From Candidatus Latescibacterota bacterium (GTDB taxonomy: Bacteria; Latescibacterota; UBA2968; GCA-2709665), in assembly GCA_965248435.1 (NCBI GenBank), contig OZ252100.1, positions 5,088,001 through 5,152,000 of the forward strand: a stretch of 64,000 nt of DNA, in the 5' to 3' direction. This document shows positions 32,011 through 39,844 of the stretch, in pieces; the first letter of the stretch is position 1; every line of letters starts with the position of its first letter. The position numbers and the translations under genes were made by a program. The notes beneath the pieces are model-generated. The model saw only the letters and a program-made list of their open reading frames with translations. It was not told the origin of the DNA and did not search any database.

Positions 32011-33309
32011 CTACAACACGAGACGGTCGAACGACTTGACGAAGACCAGAAAGTCCAGGAAGTCGACGCGACCGCTGTTGTCGAAGTCGAAGGCCGGAGC
32101 GCTGCCGTTGAATGCAAGGGTAAAGGCGATGAAATCCAGAAAGTCGACCTTCCCGCTGTTGTCGAAATCGGTCCGCGGATCGGCGAATATCTGGACGCCG
32201 GTTCCGGATATCGGGAGTTCGATGACCTCTCGCTCGGGATCGTTAGTGAAGATGCTGAGCGTACCCTGAAACTCACCTTCTGCGCCGGGTGAAACCGCGA
32301 CCTTGAGGTCATAAGATGCACCGGCCTGTATTTCAAAGGAAGATTCCGACGGGGTAACGTTCTCCAGGTCCGATTCCACACCGGTGACGACCAGCTTGCC
32401 CTCACCCGAATTCGTGATCCTGACGGTCCTTCGCATCGTGCGGCCCACCTCCGAATCCCCGAAGTCGACCCGGTCGACCGCGAGTTCGATCGCAGGGGGC
32501 AGGGCGACGACCGCTATGGCCGGGATCGTGATCTCGAGGCTGGGCTGGTCGGTGTCGTTACTCGTCAGCGTCAGGCGGCCGGAGAGACTTCCATCCCGAA
32601 CCGGCATCAACGTGATCTGAATCGTACCGGTTTCGCCCGGTTCGACCGTCAGTTCGGTAACGTCGACGGAGATCTCGTCCAGGTCCGAGCTGATTCCACT
32701 GATGTCCAGCGTTCCGGTCCCGGTGTTCACGATATCGAGAGAGAGGGTACGTGAATCTCCGGGCTGGATCTCCGGCCCGAAGTCGAGCGTGTCGGCCGCC
32801 TGGATCATGGGGGTCGAGATCAGCTGCTGAATGACTTCGGCGGCCTTTTGCCGGTCGAACCTTCCCGAGCCGCTCTTGTGCCGGACGACACCCTCCCGGT
32901 CCACGACCAGCATCGCGTCGACCGAGCCGGCGGCGTTGACGCCGAGGGCGGTCACCCTTGAGGCCTGGAGGAGCAGTGGAAAGGAGACACCGGTCGTGTT
33001 TTCAAAGGCGTTTACCCCGGCCAGGCTGCCGTCCCACATGTCCAGCCCCAGGACCTGAACACCCTGATCTTCGAAGACCTGCCAGATTTCTGTTTCAATG
33101 GACGGACCCGTCCCGAAGCAGACACTTCAGTTGAATCCGAAGAAGTAGAGGACGAGCACGCCGTTTCTGAAATCGGTCGGAGCGTAATTCCTCCCATCGT
33201 GGCCGAGCAGCGAAAAATCAGGCAGTGCATCGCCCACGTTCAAGGCCTTGGCCTCGAGCGGCAGGGCAAGAAGACCCAGGATCAACCAAACCTTCGGTAC
33301 TCGTTCCAT
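32011..33309 (-). CDS. Predicted selenoprotein: signal peptide, AhpC/TSA-like redoxin (UxxC), two Ig-like domains and dockerin/EF-hand; 432 aa, Sec61
   Basis: ORFs 33127-33330 and 32011-33039 are in frame across TGA 33127-33129: YFFGFN-U-SVC-FGTGPSIETEIWQ. This aligns with FGFR-C-PVC-YGTGP of the adjacent paralog. Confidence 0.88.
33100..33113 (-). promoter_or_regulatory. Candidate bacterial SECIS hairpin
   Basis: GGACG-GGUC-CGUCC starting 13 nt after the UGA; G-led apical loop; identical in the second Sec gene. Confidence 0.75.
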
Positions 33310-33373
33310 TCCTTGCGCTCCTATGATCACTCCCGGCTGTTCGATTGCGGATTTCGGATTGCAGATTGCGGAT

Positions 33374-34078
33374 TCAGTTCAAGGGCTGGCCGAACGAGGA
33401 AGCGAAGACCAGGAAATCGCCGAAATCGACGCGGCCGCTGGCGTCCAGGTCGTAGGCCGTTTCATCGGTGTCGTAGGCCTGAGCGAAAAGGACGAAATCC
33501 AGGAAGTCGACGCCGCCGCTCTGGTCAAAATCGGCCCGCGGATCGGCGAGGGCGGAGTCGCTGTCCAAAAGTCCGGAGATGACGTTGGCCGCCCTTCTGA
33601 CATCCTCAGGCTGGGAAGTGCTGATGTGACGGATCACTCCCCCCTGGTCGATGACCATCAACGCGTCGATCTGACCCACAATATTCACCTCGAACCTGTT
33701 CACAGCCGTTTGGGCGGTCCCATTCAACAGCAACGGAAATGTCGTGCCGGTGATCCTGCTGAAATTCAAAACTCCGGACTCACTCCCGTTCCACATCTCG
33801 ATGCCGAGCACCTGAAGGTCACGGTCTTTGAAGGCCTGCCATATTTCACGCTCGACGAACGGGCCCGTTCCATAACATACGGGACAGCGGAATCCGAAGA
33901 AATAGAGGACGAGGACCCTCCCGCTGAAGTCGTCAGATTCATACGTCCCTCCTCCGAGCGCGTCCAGGGCGAAACCGGGCGCCTGATCGCCGACGTTGAT
34001 CGCGGAGATCAGGGTGGGCAGTGAAAGGGATGCAGCGAGGACCCAAAGAATAAGATAAGCTGACGGCCGTCTTTTCAT
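33374..34078 (-). CDS. Secreted AhpC/TSA-like redoxin (CxxC) with dockerin/EF-hand; Cys paralog
   Basis: Signal peptide, VGDQAPGF, FGFRCPVC and two DFDxSGxVDF repeats. Confidence 0.88.
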   Translation of the reverse strand: MKRRPSAYLILWVLAASLSLPTLISAINVGDQAPGFALDALGGGTYESDDFSGRVLVLYFFGFRCPVCYGTGPFVEREIWQAFKDRDLQVLGIEMWNGSESGVLNFSRITGTTFPLLLNGTAQTAVNRFEVNIVGQIDALMVIDQGGVIRHISTSQPEDVRRAANVISGLLDSDSALADPRADFDQSGGVDFLDFVLFAQAYDTDETAYDLDASGRVDFGDFLVFASSFGQPLN

Positions 34079-34105
34079 CCAGGTCTGTGCCTCGGATCAA
34101 ACGTT

Positions 34106-35125
34106 TCAGCCCAGAGGCCTGTTGAAGGATGTGGCAAAGATGATGAGATCTCCGAAATCGACCCGGCCGCTGGCGTCCAGGTCGAACGCCGGGTCCGTGG
34201 TGTCGAAGGCCTGCGAGAAGCGGACGAAGTCCAGGAAATCGACCTCGCCGCTCCCGTCAAAGTCGGTTCGGGGATCGGCGAAGCGGACGACCGTCTCTCC
34301 GGAGAAGGGGATCATCAGCTCAGGCGTGGCAGGGTCGTTGCTCAAGACGCTCAACGTCCCGGAGAAGGGCCCCTCCTCGGCCGGCGTTACCGTGACGTTG
34401 ATCTCGTGACTCTCTCCGGGGGGGATACTTATCCCTGAGATGTTTGTCGTGATCTCAGACAGGTCGGACCGGACCCCCGTGATATCGAGAGGGGCCGTGC
34501 CAGAGTTGATGACTTCCAAAGTGAAGGTCCTGGATACGCCCGACTCGAGTTGCGAGCCGAGGGTCAGGGCGTTAACGCGCGTCTCAATCGCGGGCTTGTC
34601 GAGAAGCTCCGTAATGGTTTTCGCCGCGACGTCTATCGATTCCCCCGCGAAACGGATGATGCCCTGCTGGTCCGCGACGATGATGTCATCGATGCGACGC
34701 AAAACGCCACTGTAATCGGTCGCGTAGAGGTAGTTTTCGAGGGGCATACCATTCGCATCGAAATTCGTCCTGCTGGCGGCGCGCAGTAGAAGCGGAAAGG
34801 TCACGCCCGTGATCGCCCTGAAGTTGTCCACGCCCGTCGCGCTCCCGTTCCAGATGTCCAGGCCGAGAACCTGCACGCCCTGGTCCTCGAACGCCTTCCA
34901 TAGTTCTTTTTCGATGGACGGACCCGTCCCGTAGCAGATCGTTCAGTCGAAGCCGAAGTGATACAGGACGATGACCTTACCCTCGAAGTCCGCCGACCTG
35001 TAGGTGTCGCCAATGCCGTCATGCAGGGCAAAGGGGGTAAGCGGTCTTCCCACCTCGGCCGTCACGCTGGCAAAGCCGAGGCACAGGAGGACCGCTGTCA
35101 GGGCCGGTTTGGCAAGCTTGAACAA
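34106..35125 (-). CDS. Predicted selenoprotein: signal peptide, redoxin (UxxC), one Ig-like domain and dockerin/EF-hand; 339 aa
   Basis: ORFs 34943-35125 and 34106-34876 are in frame across TGA 34943-34945: YHFGFD-U-TIC-YGTGPSIEKELWKAF. Confidence 0.88.
34916..34929 (-). promoter_or_regulatory. Candidate bacterial SECIS hairpin
   Basis: GGACG-GGUC-CGUCC 13 nt after the UGA. Confidence 0.75.
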
Positions 35126-35164
35126 TTCTGTTCTGGCTCCTTCCCTCTTGAGGCTCGGCGTACA

Positions 35165-36712
35165 TCAGAAATGAGTGGTCAGCCGCATCTCCATCCCGCG
35201 GAACGGGAGCACCTGATAGCACGTCCCGGAGGTGCACGCCGTGCCTCCGCGACGTTTCCCCGCGAACAGGATGGCGTCGTGTCGTCCGAAAAACTGCGCG
35301 TTCAGATTTATCCCCCACCACGTCACCGGGTCGGTCTCGCGCTCGAAGGTCTCAGGCCTGTCCACTTCCACAGGGTCGGAGGACCGGTCTGTTTGTAAGG
35401 CCGCGCCGAAGCCTGCAGGGTGCTGCCAGGAGAGGGAGGCGTAGGTTTCCGTAAAAAGGGCAGACCCTTCGGGAGGATGAGCTGCCCGCTGCAGCTGGAA
35501 ATCGAATTCAAATCGGTGATCTGTCGGCGTGGAGGTGCCCAGGGTAAACCCCCCGACCCGTCGCCTTGAAATGCCTCGCAGCTCATCCTTGCCCCAGTCG
35601 AAAAAGGCGGTCGCGGTGAACTCGGGATAGAATCTATCGAAGTCCATCTCCAGGTATTGCTCTTCGAAGTCCCTGCTGATGTCGGCGATGTCGTTGCGCC
35701 CCCGGCTCAAGTTGGCCGTAAACGTGGCGAGCCCGGGCTGGTTGTAGGTCGCCTCTATCTGGTAGCCCCTTTCGTTCTGCGGGAAGAGGACGTGTGTGGC
35801 CCGGTTGAGCAGGTATGCGCTATGTTCTCTGACCAGGGACGGCGGATCGTTGACCTGCGAAGAGAGAAGATCGTCGGTCCTGAGTGAAAATCCGTCATAG
35901 TCCTTGTACTCGAAGCCGAATCCCAATCGGGTTCCGCCGAGGTCTCCGGACAGGTAGAAAGCCCGACCCTCTTCTTCCACTCCGGCCCGGTTGGCGATCT
36001 CTCCGTACAGACTCGCGTAAATGTCCTGAATCCCGGAGCGCTCGATCAGGGGGGTCAGTTCGATGCTCCCGATGCCCGACCAGACCCAGTTCGAATCCAG
36101 ACGCCCCGGATCGAGTGCGACCCACGTCCCGCCTACCCTCAGAGGATCCAGGAGCCGGACAGAGAGTTCGCCGCCCGCGACCCAGTCCTGTCTCCGATCC
36201 AGCCCCGATATGTCCGGTGGGACATCCGCCCTCACGGGTCGCCCCACGAGGGCCTTCGCCTCCGCCCGATTGCCGATCCAGGAGACTATTCCCCCTTCCA
36301 GGTCCTGGGAGGGGGTGTAGCGCCTGCGAAAATTGTTGTCTTCGAGGATGACGCCCGGAAGCTCGAAGGCCCTGAGGGTGAGTCCGCGGCCAAGGATGGC
36401 GTAGTAATTACCTGCCACGACCTCGGCGGAACCCAACGTCCAGCGCGCATATTTTTGGGACAGGTTGAGGATGCGTCGATCCTCGCCCAGGGCCTCGAAG
36501 ATTTCGGCGCGGAGTCCGACCTGGATCCTGCTGCTCGGGGCATACTCGAGATTGAACTGCTCGTAGACGGTCGAGATGTCCTCGGCATCCGAACCCGGCA
36601 CCTTGCCCCGCTGCACCTCCGTGACGCTGGACAGGACCACCTGGGCGCCCGCCTTCGCGAAAGAGAGCAGCAGGCCCAGGACCATCAGGCTACATTTCAG
36701 CACGATCAACAT
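35165..36712 (-). CDS. DUF6029-like outer-membrane beta-barrel protein
   Basis: Signal peptide, GNYYAILGRGLTLR, EYKDY and C-terminal GG.ACTSGTCYQV.PFRG...F; adjacent to tlpA. Confidence 0.7.
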   Translation of the reverse strand: MLIVLKCSLMVLGLLLSFAKAGAQVVLSSVTEVQRGKVPGSDAEDISTVYEQFNLEYAPSSRIQVGLRAEIFEALGEDRRILNLSQKYARWTLGSAEVVAGNYYAILGRGLTLRAFELPGVILEDNNFRRRYTPSQDLEGGIVSWIGNRAEAKALVGRPVRADVPPDISGLDRRQDWVAGGELSVRLLDPLRVGGTWVALDPGRLDSNWVWSGIGSIELTPLIERSGIQDIYASLYGEIANRAGVEEEGRAFYLSGDLGGTRLGFGFEYKDYDGFSLRTDDLLSSQVNDPPSLVREHSAYLLNRATHVLFPQNERGYQIEATYNQPGLATFTANLSRGRNDIADISRDFEEQYLEMDFDRFYPEFTATAFFDWGKDELRGISRRRVGGFTLGTSTPTDHRFEFDFQLQRAAHPPEGSALFTETYASLSWQHPAGFGAALQTDRSSDPVEVDRPETFERETDPVTWWGINLNAQFFGRHDAILFAGKRRGGTACTSGTCYQVLPFRGMEMRLTTHF

Positions 36713-37283
36713 CAGGTGGCTCTTCGGTCTCCTGCTCAGCGGGGAGCGCGGCCTCGATTGCGTTGAGCAGGTCCTTGTGTTGACTGGGCCTGAATCCGGA
36801 TAAACGAAGCAGGATTTCCCCGTCGGGGGCGACCAAAAGCGTGGCAGGCAGGGAAGTCACCTGGAACCGGCGCATGACCCCGCCATCGCTGTCGATCACG
36901 ACCGGAATGGTGATCTTTCTCGCCCTGATGAACGGTTTTACTTTCGTCCGACTGCGCGGTCCGTCTTCGTTGACCCCGAGTACGGTGAGACCGCGATCCT
37001 TGAAGCGTTCGTGGAGCCCCACCAGTTTCGGCATCGCCTTGAGACAGGGTTTGCACCAGGTTGCCCAAAAATCGATCAGGACGGGTCCGTTCTTCCGCAG
37101 TGCGGACAGCCTGATCTGTTTCCCCTCCGGAGTTGGGAGGCTGAAGTCGGGCGCCTGGGTCCCGGAGGTGGGTTGCGGCAGCAGCAGCCCGCATAGCACC
37201 AACAGGACCACGGGGGTGCCCCATTTTTGTGTGGACTTCAATTCTGAGGTACACATAAGGGCCTCCGGTCTCCGATGTCCCAC
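36690..37283 (-). CDS. TlpA-family disulfide reductase (exported)
   Basis: APDFSL, DFWATWCKPC and SLPAT. Confidence 0.9.
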   Translation of the reverse strand: MGHRRPEALMCTSELKSTQKWGTPVVLLVLCGLLLPQPTSGTQAPDFSLPTPEGKQIRLSALRKNGPVLIDFWATWCKPCLKAMPKLVGLHERFKDRGLTVLGVNEDGPRSRTKVKPFIRARKITIPVVIDSDGGVMRRFQVTSLPATLLVAPDGEILLRLSGFRPSQHKDLLNAIEAALPAEQETEEPPDVDRAEM

Positions 37284-37608
37284 AGGTTGGCTAAGTCTTT
37301 AAATGTCAAAATAAACAACGTGTTCTCTAATATATGTAAAGCGAGCTCCCCTGACAATATCCGAGGCGGGCGCAAATCTGCCCGTCAGGAATCGGGATTA
37401 GAAAATAGCCAAATGCGTGCCGCGATTCGAGTTTCGCTGCATGGCATTTATTTACAGTGGGATATAGCTGATTGTCAGGTTTTACGGATGGCCAGGGTCG
37501 GCCCGTGTGGTCGCAGGTGGGCTGCACGGTCTCACGATGACGTAAGAGGACCTACCTTTTAAAAGACGGGATGCAGCCGAGGGGTGGCGCTTTGGGTGTA
37601 GACCCTGA

Positions 37609-38436
37609 TCAGAGATTCGCACTCAGCCAGCTCAGGATTTCTTGAACCGGGTCGGCTTCACGCAGCAGGAAGTATCCGGAGGCCGCCCCCTGATAGCCCG
37701 TGAGTCGAACCGGACTCGCCGTCTGCTGCGCCATGGACTCGGCGGAGGTATAAGAGAAGCCGTCTCCGAAGGCGGCCAGAAACAGGACGGAGCTTGGCCG
37801 AAAGTTGGACAGGCCCTGAACATACTGCGGCCCGAGGCTGGGTTGCCCTTCCCTGTATTGTGGGGAGATAGAAACGGCCGTCTTGACCTCAGGATAGATG
37901 GACGAGCTTAGAAAGGCGAGGTTTCCGCCGATCTCGACCCCGATGACCGCGATCCGCCCGCTGTCCGCATCCTGGCGGGTCTTGATAAAGCCGATCGCGG
38001 ACCGGACGTCATCCAGCATCTGATTCACTTCGTCCGCCGTAAAAACGCTGAAGGGAGAGTAAACGCCGTTCTTGTCCGTACTCTGACCGTGTCCGCGCAT
38101 GTCGATGGCCAGGGTCAGGTAGCCGCTCCGGACCAACTTCGGGATGAATTCGGGGATAAGGGAGAACCACTGCGTGTGGTTCCCTGAGAACCAGTGGAGC
38201 AGGAGCACGACCGGCCGGGTGCCGCTCTGGTTGCCAGGGGTAAACCAGGTGCCGAAGATCGTGTAGCCATCGTCGGTGGCAAAGCTGGCCGGCTCCATCC
38301 TGACGATCTCGGCGGTTGTGTTCGTCTCTCCGCCTGTGGGCGAATCCTCTCCACAGCCTGCGCCGAACAGGAACAGAAGCAATAAGAAACAGTAACGGTA
38401 CGTGGTCATGGGGCTCTCCTGTTGGATGGTCAGCAA
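37609..38436 (-). CDS. Alpha/beta-hydrolase-fold lipoprotein (catalytic residues altered)
   Basis: Lipobox GAGC, VLLLH, IDMRGHGQS and GVEIG. Start probably 38409. Confidence 0.8.
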   Translation of the reverse strand: MLTIQQESPMTTYRYCFLLLLFLFGAGCGEDSPTGGETNTTAEIVRMEPASFATDDGYTIFGTWFTPGNQSGTRPVVLLLHWFSGNHTQWFSLIPEFIPKLVRSGYLTLAIDMRGHGQSTDKNGVYSPFSVFTADEVNQMLDDVRSAIGFIKTRQDADSGRIAVIGVEIGGNLAFLSSSIYPEVKTAVSISPQYREGQPSLGPQYVQGLSNFRPSSVLFLAAFGDGFSYTSAESMAQQTASPVRLTGYQGAASGYFLLREADPVQEILSWLSANL

Positions 38437-38618
38437 TACCTCAAAGAATTAACCAAATTGCCGGCAGGGCGGCAAGCGAGAAGGTGCGAAATGAGTCATA
38501 AATGCCCGAGCTAAGGTTGCCCTATTCCTCCTTGACTTCTCGCACTGCCGGCCTCATACTATTGTTTAAAATCAATGACATGCTTCAATAAACGACCCAA
38601 CCCACCATCGGTTCCACC

Positions 38619-38987
38619 ATGGCTGAAGCCGAGCAATTCACAGATCCGACAGGCAGAGCCTGGGTCGCCGTACCTGCCCCGGACTATGTCGACGGTCAGC
38701 GCGGACAGAGGCTCCTGGAAGTCTGCCTCCAGCTTATGGAAAAGGGCGTGAACCACGTTGCGCTGAATCTCGAACAGACGCGCGTGGTAAACAGCGTGGG
38801 CGTGTCGCGGCTGATCGAGCTTGTGGAGGCCTTCGCCAAGCAGTCCGGAACCTCGGTCGCTTTCTGCACGTCGAATCCGGTTATTTCCAAGACCTTTCGT
38901 ATTATGGGGCTTGCGCAAAAGGCGTCGCTTCTGGACAGTGTCGCGACGCTCAAAAACATGGGCCCCGGGCCTCAGGAGGATGTTTGA
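38619..38987 (+). CDS. STAS anti-sigma factor antagonist
   Basis: VNSVGVSRL phosphoserine motif and KTFRIMGL. Confidence 0.85.
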   Translation: MAEAEQFTDPTGRAWVAVPAPDYVDGQRGQRLLEVCLQLMEKGVNHVALNLEQTRVVNSVGVSRLIELVEAFAKQSGTSVAFCTSNPVISKTFRIMGLAQKASLLDSVATLKNMGPGPQEDV

Positions 38988-39841
38988 GGATGAACGAGAG
39001 GCCTCAGCTGTTCGCGGTGGGGGTACCCCTCCCCGAACTGGAGACCATCCGTTCGAATCTGCCTGCGCTGGAGTTGACTTCGGCCGATGACGCCGCCAGT
39101 GCGGCGGAGACCCTCCGCAAGCGGGAACATCATTACGGGGTGGTCCTGCTTGACCCCCAGGCCCTGGGGGAGGGCGTCGATGCATTTGTGGCATACCTCC
39201 GCGGCTCCTTCGCCGACGTTTCTCTCGCTGCGCTGGGACAAATTCCTGAAGAGGAACGGAAGCGACTCAAACTGTTGGGGGTGTCACATTTTTTTGAGAC
39301 TCCGCTCAACGAAGAATCGGTGGAGCTTTTGTCGCAGATCTCATCCGAACCGAGGAGAAGGCGTGGGACCATGACCGACTGGTCCGTCACGATCGACAAG
39401 AGTAATTGGATCGAAGTCACCGTGCCCAGCAAGGAAGACTACGTATCGAGGATACAGCAGCTGATCGACGTGCTCGAGCAGAGCCGGTTGGATCAGGACA
39501 CGCGCGACGAACTACAGCTTGCAGTGGATGAGCTCGTTCGAAACGCGATCGAGTGGGGCAACCGCCGCGACGCGGAAAAGCAAGTGCGTATCAGCTATTA
39601 CTGTGCGGAGGACCGGGTGATTCTGAAAGTGGAGGATGAGGGTGAAGGGTTCAACGCCGCGGCATTGAGAGATCCGACCGAAGATCTGGAAAAGCATATG
39701 GCAGATCGCGCCGCCGCAGGAAAACGCATGGGGGGGCTGGGTCTTCATTTGATTCGTAATCTGATGGATGAGGTGATTCACAACGACTCCGGAAACGTGG
39801 TGATGTTGACGAAGTATCTGGACCAGGGAAAAAGATCTTAA
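38984..39841 (+). CDS. Receiver-like domain plus RsbW-type Ser kinase (HATPase_c)
   Basis: ELVRNAIEWG, VEDEGEGF and GGLGLHLI.NLMDEV. Confidence 0.85.
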   Translation: MRMNERPQLFAVGVPLPELETIRSNLPALELTSADDAASAAETLRKREHHYGVVLLDPQALGEGVDAFVAYLRGSFADVSLAALGQIPEEERKRLKLLGVSHFFETPLNEESVELLSQISSEPRRRRGTMTDWSVTIDKSNWIEVTVPSKEDYVSRIQQLIDVLEQSRLDQDTRDELQLAVDELVRNAIEWGNRRDAEKQVRISYYCAEDRVILKVEDEGEGFNAAALRDPTEDLEKHMADRAAAGKRMGGLGLHLIRNLMDEVIHNDSGNVVMLTKYLDQGKRS

Positions 39842-39844
39842 CGT

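Noticed and set aside
33127-33330. Short ORFs 33127-33330 and 34943-35125 as separate genes or pseudogenes
   Set aside because: Both stops are TGA at the same catalytic Cys position and are followed by a conserved hairpin; Sec recoding is more parsimonious.
37284-37608. Possible structured ncRNA upstream of tlpA
   Set aside because: Only a modest hairpin; no recognisable family. No tRNA or rRNA was recognised in the window.
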